Shown: positions 22,088-33,300 of the stretch, piece after piece
Layout: each line of letters opens with the position of its first letter
Position numbering within the stretch: position 1 is the stretch's first letter
Assembly: GCF_036365525.1 (NCBI RefSeq)
Contig: NC_090388.1
Span: 38,323,062 to 38,387,061 of the forward strand
Direction: 5' to 3'
Length of the DNA stretch: 64,000 nt
Source of the DNA: Heterodontus francisci
Taxonomy: Eukaryota
Program-made: the position numbers and the translations under genes
The notes under the pieces: model-generated
The model's input: the letters and a program-made list of their open reading frames with translations, nothing else
What the model was told of the DNA's origin: nothing
Database searches by the model: none

Positions 22088-25000
22088 TGCCATGCAGGCC
22101 CCCACCTGCCAAGAATGAGGCACCTTAATTTTTCCACATGGACATTAAACTTAAAACTGTTGCTGGGAAGAAAAGAGGGCCTAGCACAAGGAATTGCCAG
22201 GCCCCTCGCCAGAAATACATTTTTCGCATACTGGCAGACAGGGTTGGACAAAGGAACCAGTCCCTGCTCCCCCAATACACAAACAGACACAGTCAGACCA
22301 GTTTAGTCACATGACGAACTGGCTATTGGAGGTTTTTTAATTTGAACTTGCCACAGAGAATTTGAACTCAGAAAGCTGTTTGTTCCTGGACTGAAAAGAC
22401 CTCTCTCCTGTCTGCTCCCATCCCTTTCTCATGGAACTAAAGACCCATTGAAGACACATGAACCCCAAGAGAGAAATGTCTACTACAGTGAACAAGGTTT
22501 AAGAAGAATATGGGGCCCGAATGAAAAGCAAGACAACATACTAAAGGGCTAAAATGAGCTTGAAGCACAGTAACAAGAAACTCTTCGGATATTGCCTCAA
22601 ACTTCTCTACTTTATTTTTTTCTTCTGCTGCTTTGTGCATGCTAGTGTGGGGTGCAGCATGTATCCGTTGACGTTAACTAAATTAGAGTTTAAGTTTAAG
22701 TTTTAATAAATTTCACTTTTCTTCTTTAAACCTAAGAAGGCCTGATAATGCTCATTTCTTTGCCTTATAATTGGAAAGTGGTGAACAAGGATTTACCAAG
22801 GGGGAGCTAAAAACACGGTGTGTTTAATAATTAAATCCTGTTACAATAAGACCAGGTGAAGGCTGAGAAAGACCCCTGGACACCTTTCTCACCTGGTTGT
22901 AACAGAAATTTGGGTGCTGGCATCCAGAATTTTACCCACAGTCAAATGCGACAAATTGGAAGTGGGAAGCCAAATTGTTCCCAATCAAAAAACAGCAGGA
23001 TTAATATAGGTTTTCCTGTGGTTGTGTGCGATTGAATATTAACATGTCTGCAACTGAAGCTAGCAGCTCTCCAAGCCAGGGTGAAGTAACTTGGGATAAG
23101 TTAAAAGCACTGTCTATGGACGAGTTGAGAAAAATGGCTGAGCAGTGTGGGTTCACTGTACGTGGCAAGGCTAGGAAGTCTGAACTCCTAAGACTAGTGG
23201 CCAACCATTTTTCCCTTGAATCTGAAGAAGCAGAAACAGGGTTAGAGGCAAATTCCGATAGGGTATTGTTAGCAAAGATACAACTGGAACAAAGGAAACT
23301 TGAATTTGAGGAAAGAGAGAGGGAGAAAGAAAGAGGCCTCTGGATGAAACGTGAAGAAAAACAAAGACGGGAAGGAACGAGAGAGAGAGAGAGGAGAGAG
23401 AGTGAAAGAATATTCCGGAAATAATGCAAAGAGAGTTGAAGCGGCTTGAGTTAACTAGGGGGTGACAGAGTAACCCGAGTGAAAACATGGCCAATATGGA
23501 GGACCGTAATTCAGGGCTGCATACAGAATTGTTAAAACTTGCTCAATTAATCCCAAAGTTCAATGAGGAAGATGTGGAAACGTTTTTTGTGTCTTTTGAA
23601 AATCTGGCAAGGCAGCTAAAATGGCCAGCTGAGACCTGGTCTCTTTTAATACAAAGCAAGCTAACTGGAAAAGCCCATGAGGTTTATTCCTTGTTGCCTG
23701 ATGAGATTTCATCAAATTGTGAACTGACCAAAAATGCTATCCTCGGGGCATCTGAATTAGTACCCAAAGCCTATCGCCAAAAGTTTAGAATCCTCAAAAA
23801 GCAAGCTAATCAAACTTATCTGGAGTTTGAAAGAAGTAAGCAGCTGGTTTTTGACCAGTGGCTGAGGGCTGTTGAAATACAGCTCAGCTATGAGACTCTC
23901 AGAGAAGTAATTCTGTTGAAGGAACTTAAAAACTCTCTCCCATTCTCAACAAATACCCATGTAGAGGAACAGTGGGTTCAGGGAGCCCGGCAAGCGGCCT
24001 ATCTGGCCGATGAGTTTGCTTTAATTTATGTCAGTTTCCCAGGAGAGAACCTTTCCTAATCACCCCAACAAATCCGAAAAGGACAAAGGGTTGGAAGGTG
24101 ATATGTGCCCAGGCAGTCCTGGGAAAGGAAAGCAAGAGACACTAGGGGCCCTCCTCCAGTCAAACAAGGAGGTTCTGTGAGTAAGAGTGACACCCAGAGA
24201 CCTGTGTGCTTCCATTGTAATAAAGCAGGGCATTTAAAAGCTGACTGCTCAGTGAAGACAGGGACCTGATGCAAAGCACAGCAGAACAAGCTGTGGCTTT
24301 AACTGTAGTAAGAGTGCAACTCAGGAAGCTTACTACAGCCAGTGCAGGAAAAGTTAATAAGATTCCTGAAGGTTCTCAGGGTTTTGTGTCCGAAGGGATA
24401 GTAACCCCATATTCCTCGAGTGGGACAAGCAAGCCCATAGTGATTCTCAGGGATACAACGGCCACTATATCCCTTTTACTGGGAAAAGGCCTGACCTTTC
24501 CAGCAGACAGTGCAGTGAACACCAAAATAGTGGTGAATGTTATTGGAGGGCAGTGTATGCCTGTACCTTTACACTGGGTGCACCTGGAGTGTGACCTAGT
24601 TTCGGGACCGGTGACCATAGGGATTGTCCCTAGTTTGCCTGTGGGCGGGGTTGACCTGCTCCTAGATAATGATCTGGCAGGGGTGAAGCCTCCATCCCAG
24701 TAGTGAAAGAAAGACCGCAGGAGGTCAGAGAGACAGAGCATTGGCAGCAGACAGTTCCCTTCAGTTTTCCTGAATGTGTAGTGGATCAAGCCATGATCAA
24801 ACCAACTCCCCCAGAGGAGACTGCATTGGCACTGCAGGCAAATTACCATGAGGTCTGCCTGTCTGAGACTTTCTTTGAAAAATTAGGAGACCCAGGGAAT
24901 GAATTAAATGGATTTTCCCTAGGTGAGGCTCAGTGAGCTGACCCAGTATTGTGAGAGTTAGCACAGGCTGCCCAGTCTGAATGTGAAGCAGAGGGAGTCC

Positions 25001-26080
25001 CTGACTGCTACTATTTAAAAAATGAGGTACTGATGAGGAAATGGAGTTCCCCTCACAGACCTGAGGGCAAGGAGTGGATAGTAGTTCACCTGTTAGTGGA
25101 GAGAAATATTAAGAAGGGCCTACGAGACCACAGAAGCTGTACATGCCGGTATACGAAAGACCACAGCCCACAAAAGACAGCAGTTTGACTGGCCAAAACT
25201 CCACAACGATGTGGTGGAGTACTGCAGGAGTTGCCACATGTGCCAGGTTGAGGGGAAACCCCAAACTACAGTGAAACCTGCACCCCGAAGTCCTGTACTG
25301 TTGTTAGGAGGACCCTTCACCCGAGGGCTGGTGAACTATAAGGGACCCTCGCCGAGAACAAAAGGGGACAAGCAGGCACACGGCTGGAAAAAGTTTAGAA
25401 AGAGAGGGGGAAAAAGTGACCAAGAGGGCAGGTTAAAGGAAGTCCAGGAGGAATTCCAAATGAAAACCCCTACGCTCTGGTCAGCCAACTCTGAAAAATT
25501 TGAAAAGTTAGACCCCACATCTCCTTTGTAAATGCAGACTCTAGAAATACCCCACCAGAGTTGCTAACAGCATTTACAGAAATCTGCAGAGACAAAGAAA
25601 GACCTCTAGGGGCACAGAAACTGCAAGAGTGATGCCTCACCTAGTCGAAGTACCACAGGAGATTTCAGTCAAGTCTGCACAAATACCTGCAGGTGTCCCA
25701 GAGACCAAAATGGGAGATTAGCAAAGAATCCTCCCCCATAGTCAGAGGTAAAGAGAACCACCCATGCCCTGAAGCCAAAAGCCTTTGCATGACTCAACAA
25801 AGCACTGAAAGAGAGTTCAGGATAGACCAGCCCACTACAATCTCTCCTGGAAAAATCATTACCTCATCAGGAACAAAACCCTAGGCAGTCATGGCAATGG
25901 GCAAACTGAAGAAAACCTTCCCCAAAGAAACACATGGCTACTGGGATGCCAAAAAAGGTAAGTTAAAGCAGCACTGGCACCGAGAAAATTTTAATAAGCT
26001 TTAAGATTGATGAATGAATGGAAATGAATGAGAGAAATGCAAGTTTTTTCTTTCTGTATCATATTTCTCTCAAACCTTTT
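22088..26080 (+). mobile_element. Gmr1-like Gypsy LTR retrotransposon with 5' LTR (22088-22904), gag, protease and integrase N-part; no RT/RNaseH or 3' LTR seen
   Basis: Degenerate tRNA-Pro-like PBS after 22904; SCAN-related gag (PKFNEEDVETFFVSFE...AYRQKFR); CCHC knuckle CFHCNKAGHLKADC near 24205-24250; protease ILRDT; then directly the integrase zinc domain (FDWPKL..EYCRSCHMCQ). Confidence 0.9.
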
Positions 26081-27381
26081 AATGAAACTGGAGAAATATT
26101 TAATATCTGTGAAGGGCTATCTAAAATGGTATTCATGCTTCCAATGAATACAAATTAAGAAAAATTACAAACTACACACTTCAGAGAAATAGTCACAATA
26201 AAATACAATTTGGTACGTTGTTTACAAAGAATTTAGACATCAATATTGTAGGCTTCCTCCATTAATTTCATATTTTCTTTCATTCCAATGAGTGAGATTG
26301 CAACTGGATTTACAAAACTGTGATCCCTTCTCATCAAAGGTACAACACTTCTTTTCACTTGGGTTATTAAGGGGTGTTGTACCAGTTGGAATTGGGCAGG
26401 TATTCTTGTCCTGAGCCTCTTTTAGCTGTTTTCCCCAACCTGATAAGCACACCATTAGACAGACAAAATAAATTTGTTATAATAAGGCTTTATCAGGCTT
26501 TTTGTGTCAAATTTTTTTTAAATTCTCATAAATGGGGTTTGATCACTGAATATAAATGTATGAATTTTGTCAAGAGAAATCTTAAATCATAGTTTAAAAA
26601 CATAGAGAAAGATTAACTATGTTCTTCCCATATTGAATAACAAAATGTACACAAAGTTTGTGCACACCAGCCACCTTTTTAATACATGTTTAAAAGTATG
26701 ATGGTGGAATGGAAGAGAAGGTTGCTAAATGTCTGTGTGATTTCATCGATAACTATATATATCGTTGTACTTGCACAACATAAAAGAAAAATTTTCATTC
26801 CTCAAAATCTCCATGCTATAAGGTTGACTAGATAACAGCATTGAAAATACAGCACTGCAGTTGGTTAAATGCTAAATGCTAACTAAACTGAGAACATACA
26901 AGTCCAGTTGAGAATACCTTCACAAGACACCAAATATACTGTACAATGTCAACTAAAATCCCTGCAGTGTGTCATCAGGACGTCAAACTTTTGAAAATGG
27001 TGAAGGACCAGAGAAAGGAAACAATGACTCAAGTAATAACTGACACTGATTGAACAGTGATTGATTCCACATGTACGAAATGGAAAATTGAGGACAACAG
27101 ACTAACTGAAGAATTCGATTTATAGCCTCATATTACAGGTTAAACCACAATTTTGATTCCTTGGTGCAGTACAAAATAATATTGATTATTCAGCATGTAG
27201 ATTTATGTACCCACCTACCAACCAAGTTACTCATTAAAACATACATATAATGAAGTATAGGCAGTGTGCTAAATTTACAATGATAGTAATGTTTAGAACT
27301 GCTTAATGTTTACAGCATTAATACCTAACAAAACTCTAATAGTTAGTCAGCATTGAGATGTTAAATCAATCCATTTAGATG
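26081..27381 (+). pseudogene. Pneumovirus-like L polymerase, segment 2 (RdRp core, motifs A-C)
   Basis: NETGEIFNICEG vs NEGFYIIKEVEG; AFCVKFFLNSHKW vs the ...NNYNRWP block; QVITD (27030-27044) vs SIITD; IQHVDLCTH vs IPHVTIICTY; NEV*AVC* (27249-27272) vs GGIEGWCQ; TGA GAT [gtta] AAT CAA TCC ATT (27354-27375) = (G)D-NQSI vs GDNQSI. Confidence 0.75.
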
Positions 27382-28406
27382 AATACAAAAGCAAAATACT
27401 GCGGATGCTGAAAATCTGAAATAAAAACAGAAAGAACGGAAAATACTCAGCAGGTCAGGCAACACCTATGGAGAAACAAAGTTAACGTTTCAGGACGATG
27501 ACCTTTTACCTAAACAGGAAAAAGATAGAGATGTAACAGGTTACATGTTACATCTCTAACATTTTCCAGTTTTGATAAAAGGTCATCGACTTGAAACCTA
27601 ACTTTGGCCAGAATTTTACAGAAACCAGAGGCCCCATCCACCAGCAGGAAAAGTCAGTGGCGAGCCCGCCTCTGCTGGGCCTGGAACCAACATGTGATTT
27701 GACCTGGCCCAGATCCTTAATTGGCCTTGGGCGGGACTTCCACCCCTCTGAGACATGAGATTCCACCTCTAAGAGCTGCCAGCCAATCAGTGGGCTAGCA
27801 GCTCTTCAGTCCCTGCAGCGCCACCAGGAGCAGTGGCCACTGCTGGGATTGCACCCAGCCAGGATCGACAACATGGACGAGGCCCCAGAATGCAGTTAAG
27901 TGTGTGGGGCCTCGCCAGGGACAAACGGCTGGGCCCCGGTGAGGCGGTGCGGGGGGTGGGGGGGGCAAGTGGGGGAGGGGGGGGGAGTCGCTCGAGAGGG
28001 AGAGGGAAGGTGCTCCAATGGGGATGGCTTGTGCCATGGTGGGGTGGGGGGGTGGGGGGGGGGGGAGCCCGATCAGGATGGCCCCCACAGCCTGCAAGGA
28101 GGCCGCCAGGTTTTACTGGATGGCCTTCTGAGCTACCAGACTGGCCATCCACTGCTGGTAATATACCAGTGGCAGTGGGAGGTGGCCCTTAACTGGTAAT
28201 TGATTGGCCACTTAAGGGACTAATTGACCTTCCCTGCCGCTCGTAAAATTGCAGCAGGGGCGGGAAGGTGATGGGAACGGCAACCCCGCCTCCCACTCTA
28301 TTTTATGCCCACACCCCCTGCCTCCAGCCCACTCCTGCGGGTGGCGCAAAATTACGGCCTTTGTTTCTCTCTCCACATATGCTGCCTGACCTGCTGAGTA
28401 TTTCCA
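27382..28406. mobile_element. Penelope-like terminal repeat in fold-back arrangement, interrupted by a MITE
   Basis: The left arm (aaatactcagcaggtcaggc..agttaacgtttcagg) is the reverse complement of the right arm (tgaaac..aact|..gctgcctgacctgctgagtattt). Centre: agagatgtaaca / tgttacatctct (27527-27557). Possible TSD tccatttaga/tccatttgga. Confidence 0.75.
27606..28359. mobile_element. Harbinger-type GC-rich MITE
   Basis: TIR ggccagaatttt / aaaattacggcc and a 3-bp TSD TTT; internal similarity to 52200 and 54282. Confidence 0.85.
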
Positions 28407-28507
28407 TTTGGACAAATTAGCATTTACAAAGGTAACAACTGGAAGCATTAACCAACTGAAGCTACTCCGTGCATGATGTATAGGCTGCAAAACTATATCT
28501 AAATATC
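28407..28507 (+). pseudogene. Pneumovirus-like L polymerase, segment 3
   Basis: INQLKLL (28447-28467)..IGCK vs RSV LNSLKLL..IGHK. Confidence 0.65.
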
Positions 28508-29027
28508 TTCTTTGGCCTCCTTGTCTCGAGAGACAATGGGTAAGCGCCTGGAGGTGATCAGTGGTTTGTGGAGCAGCGCCTGGAGTGGCTATAAAGGCCA
28601 ATTCTAGAGTGACAGGCTCTTCCACAGGTGCTGCAGAAAAATTTGTTTGTCGGGGCTGTTGTACAGTTGGCTCTCCCCTTGCGCTTCTGTCTTTTTTCCT
28701 GCCAACTGCTAAGTCTTTTCGACTCGCCATACTTTAGCCCCGCCTTTATGGCTGCCCGCCAGCTCTGACGAACGCTGGCAACTGACTCCCACGACTTGTG
28801 ATCAATGTCACAGGACTTCATGTCGTGTTTGCAGACGTCTTTAAAGCGGAGACATGGACGGCCGGTGGGTCTGATACCAGTGACGAGCTCGCTGTACAAT
28901 GTGGCTTTGGGGATCCTGCCATCTTCCATGCGGCTCACATGGCCAAGCCATCTCAAGCGCCGCTGACTCAGTAGAGTGTATAAGCTGGGGATGTTGGCCG
29001 TCTCGAGGACTTCTGTGTTGGAGATAC
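28508..29027 (-). mobile_element. RTE-clade LINE 3' fragment
   Basis: RRLRWLGHVSRMEDGRIPK and C-terminal CSTCGRACHSRIGLYSH; near-identical to 50010-50536; gaag tail. Confidence 0.95.
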
Positions 29028-30134
29028 TCACTCTTCCCCTTTGTTGGAGCAGCTGTCCACCTCCATTTGGTTGAGGTAGGAATTAACATTGTGCACAAGG
29101 GCCCTATTAGCTAAATGTCTGAAATTCATGATGCCCTGAACTCAAGAAAATCTAGTAAATCTGTGAAATTCTGTTAGCTCAGCCTTACATTTCTCAATAG
29201 GAAATATCACATTAAACATAATGTGGCACAGTTAACAAAAAGGCCTCTTCATAAGTATTAGGTTTTAAAATTCTAAATAGGATTGGCTTTACTGCGTGTC
29301 TTAAAAAGGTGTGTACTATATGTGGGCTAATGGGCAACAATTTTTGGAATGTGCTGGAAAGCACAATTAATTCTTGCCACATCAGAATTGCTGCTGGGAG
29401 CAAGCAGCTGCTGTGGATTGTTAAAGCTACCCACATGAATTAAGGAAGGGAGAATTGCTTATTGAGGCACTGGTTTCCCATTTTCCAGAAGCCTCAAGAG
29501 GCATTTAATACTGCCAAATTAATTCCTACTTCAAACAGGTGAAGCAGTACTACCTCCTTAGATTAAGTGTTTGTGGTCAGCTTCAGTGGAAAGTTGGTGG
29601 TTGCTTTAATTTGAAAAATGTTGAGTTTGGTCCCGTGCACCTCTTGTTCTGAACTTGATGGAGCTATTTAGGCCAGGGGATTCACTATCTCAGGCAAAGC
29701 TACCTGGAAATATTGGTGTACTAGAAGACACAGAGTAAACCACAAAAGCAGTTGAAGAACTCTACTAGTTGCTCAATCAGGATCTGTAAACCACAGCTAC
29801 TATCAACACGGTACTGCCAATAGCTATGAGCATCATCACAGTCCTACACTACAGAGTCCTTCTGAGCCAACATTGAGACATCTGCTCTAATAGTTAGCAC
29901 TCTGAGAAAACTGATGCATTATTCTTCGGGTTGCACAATTCTATCACCTTTCCTATTGAGAAACGTAAGGCAGCAGGCTGAGCTAACACAATTTCACAGA
30001 TTTACTAGATTTTCTTGAGTTCAGGGCATCATGAATTTCAGACATTTAGCTAATAGGGCCCTTGTGCACAATGTTAATTCCTACCTCAACTAAATGGAGG
30101 TTGACAGCTGCTCCAACAAAGGGGAAGAGTGAGT
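29026..30134. repeat. About 180-bp inverted repeat (29026-29204 vs 29949-30134)
   Basis: Direct comparison of the arms shows four substitutions and one 7-nt indel. Confidence 0.95.
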
Positions 30135-30383
30135 TGAAGATTGGTCACTGGGAGATCAGGCCACCCTTTCTAACAACCATGAACAGAAATGGAAAACAGG
30201 CATAATGAGACCAATATGACACAAAGGATGATTGTATCTTCAAATAGTTCTTTAGATATGTGGACAGATCTGCCTGGGCCTTTCCATGGAGGCATCCCTA
30301 TCTGATCTCTAGAATAATTGTGTATCCTGATTCCTGGATAGTTTTGTCTTGCAGAGAGGCATAGCCAATGAAGAAATGGCCAA
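29205..30383 (+). pseudogene. Pneumovirus-like L polymerase, segment 4 (end of RdRp, start of capping domain)
   Basis: TACLKKV/LYVG*WATIF (29291-) vs PASIKKVLRVGPWINTIL; VLES vs SLES; TSELLLGASSCCGL vs TQELEYRGESLLCSL; QAKLPGNIGVLEDTE (29691-29735) vs QAKITSEINRLAVTE; EPTLRH vs EPTYPH; ELTQFHR vs DLTDIDR; DWSL (30139) vs SWSL. Confidence 0.85.
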
Positions 30384-33300
30384 TGTGTTATTGCCTTCTT
30401 CAGCAATAAGGTACCAATAAGGTGGGATCTTTATTATTAAGTAACAGATTCACGAGAGAGCTCTATAATACACATGTGGCCAAATGACTAACATAACTCC
30501 AACTGAGTTGTCATGTGTTGGTTGATGTCACATCCTGTGATTATGTGTGAAGTATTCAAACTGTTAAAGTGGTATCACAGCACCTCTTTTCCTAAAATGG
30601 AAATACACAAAAGATTAACTATGTACATAATGAAAGAAAACAGTTTTGCACAATATTTACATATGCGCTGACTTTCAAGTCCTTCAATCAAGTGTCTCTA
30701 TAACGTACAGGTGGTCTACTGACTTGACCTGATCTTGTCACTGTGTGGCTTGGTTGAGAAATAGACTTGTCAACCTTTTGCTCTCAACCTGCCTGTGTGT
30801 TCTGACAGTCATCCTGTGCTTGAGCATCACATTTGTCACTTTTTTCACTACATTCTATGGGTTGGAATGTGAACATGTTCTCAAAGCAATAGGGTTGTCA
30901 GGCACATTGTTGTTAGCTAGTCCCCTAAGCTGATATTAGTTTCTCCTTAGTACTGCTCCATTAGGGGTGGTAACTTGGTTCGATCTTGGTTCAGTGCAAA
31001 TTTGGCACCTCCATGGAAAACCACGTACCCTCATGCAGATGGATCACTCGAACTTTCTTACCAATCTGTAATGGTGGAAGCTGCATGCCTGCATGTTTGT
31101 CGTGTACAGCTTTCATCTTCTCTTGATTGGCTATCAGTTTGTCCTTGTATTGATGAAGATTTCATGAAGTGATGACTTGGTAGAGTCATCTTAATTTGTC
31201 TTCCAAATATAATTTCTACAGGTGATGGTAATCCTGTGCCAATTGGTGTTGCTCTTAAGTGTAACGTGGCTACATGTAGATCTTGCTTAGTTTCTCAACA
31301 CTTCACAATCAGTGATTTGACTGTGCGTACCATTCTTTCAGCTAGGTTGTTCGACCTGGGGTAATGTGACATTTTCTGCCCATTTCTTACACATATCTTC
31401 AAACGGTTTGGGGGTATATTGTGGTCCATTGTCCTATATTATCTCCTCCGGAGGGCCAAATAAGTTGAATATTGTGCTGATAGTGCTGGCAACTGATTGG
31501 CTCAAGATATTGCCGGATTATGGGAAACTTGGAGAAGTAATCATTTAGCAAAAGGTAGTCATCACCTTTGATAGCAAAGAGATCAGTGGCAACCCGTGTA
31601 CAAGGATGCAACAGAACTTCGTGCAGGAGAAGTAGCTCTTAATGTTGGCTCGATTGATGCTTTGGCATGTATCACATGACCGTACTGCTCGTTTGGTGGC
31701 ATTGCTAATTCCAGGCCAGTAGACAGTTTCACATGCAAGTCTTCTGGATTTCTCTACACCCATATGACCAAGGTGCAACTGCAAAAGAATGTTAAGGCGA
31801 AGCAATTGTGGAATTAGTAACTGCCTTCCCTTGAAGATCACGCCACTAAAAAACCCCAATTCATCCCAGTACGGCTAAATAATTCTAAGATCTACAGGAA
31901 CTTCTTGTATGATGCCAGCCATCCTTTGACAATGTGTTGCCATAGCTCCATTAAGACTGGGTCTCTAGAAGTTTATTCCTGTAGTTCCTCATGCTTCCTT
32001 TGTCCAAACTCATCAAATCTATCTGGTATGCATCTTCCAGTTCGATGTCGACTTCGTCAACCTGGATGTCGAATAGAATGATTTCACATTTTCTGGGATT
32101 GGGTAGTTTGCCAAGGGTGTCTGAGGTCACCATAAGATTCCAGGGCTTATATCTGTCATATCCTTGCACCTTTACCAATAGTCATTGTAGACGGGGTGGC
32201 GCACTGGTGAGCTGTTTCTGCCATATCATAGCCAGTGGTTTATGATCCATCTCACCTACAAAATGCTTCCAAAAAAGGTAAGTGTGAAACTTGGTGATTC
32301 TGAATATCAGAGCTAGTGTTTCCCTTAATATGTTGAAATAACATGCCTGTGTGGGTGACAAGCTCTTTAATGCAAAAGCAATTGGATGACCCTCTTGGAG
32401 TAAGCATGCTCCCAAACCTTTCAACGAAGCATCTACTTCAAGAACGGTATCCTTATTCGGGTCATAATATTGTAAACATGCCTCTGTTGACTGTGATTGC
32501 TTCAGCAAATCAAAAGCATGTTGGTGGTCCTCAGGCCACAGATAAGGAGTTCCCATAGAGATGAGGACTTCACTGCAAAATTGGAGATGTCAGGAGCTAG
32601 GAAATTAAATAGATTGAGGCACCTCCGTAAATCTTCCTTGTCTTGTGGACTTGGCATGGACTGGATATCATCTACTTTGCCAGAATGCGGTTTTATGCCT
32701 GCATCTGTGTAAACGGAATTGAAAAAATGGATGTGATTTGTGTTGACGGCACACTTCTTGCTGTTGAATACAAGGCCTTCCTTTCTGGCAATTTCTATGA
32801 AGATGTGCAGATTCCTGTTATGCTCCTCTTTAGTGCTGCCCATCACAGCTATATCGTCGACAACACAGACAACCCTGGAACATTCTTCATGATATGATCC
32901 CTACATTGCTGAAATAAATCCTGGCTTAGTGATAAGCCCAACGGTAGGCACAAAAAAACAATATCTCCCAAACAGAGTCCTGAAAGTCGTCAACTCTTGC
33001 GAACTTTCAGAGAAATGGACTGACCAGTATCCGTACTTTGCATCAAGCTTGGAAAAGAATCTAGCCTTTGCAAACTTTAGATTAAGCTCCTCTAAGGTGG
33101 GGATTTTATGAGGACATCGTTTTGATGCCTGATTCAGCTTCCAGGGTCTAAGCCTACCGTGATGTAGCTGTCTTTTTTTATCACCACTGTTATAGAACTA
33201 CACCAATCCGTGTGCTGCTGAACGCGCCCGATAATTCCTTGCTTCTCCATAGTATCCAACTCCAATTTGAGTTTGTTCTTAATATGGACGCTACATTTCT

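Noticed and set aside
26901-26990. PVENTFTRHQIYCTMSTKIPA as RdRp pre-motif/motif F
   Set aside because: The position is right, but the alignment is ambiguous between frames, so it was not used as evidence.
28420-28445. KGNN as the catalytic GDN motif (bornavirus-like alignment)
   Set aside because: A better GDNQSI relic sits at 27354-27375, at the right distance from motif B.
29026-30134. Inverted repeat as TIRs of a 1.1-kb DNA transposon
   Set aside because: The right arm and the spacer are continuous L-like sequence, there is no TSD around the pair, and the left arm lies within the RTE TSD.
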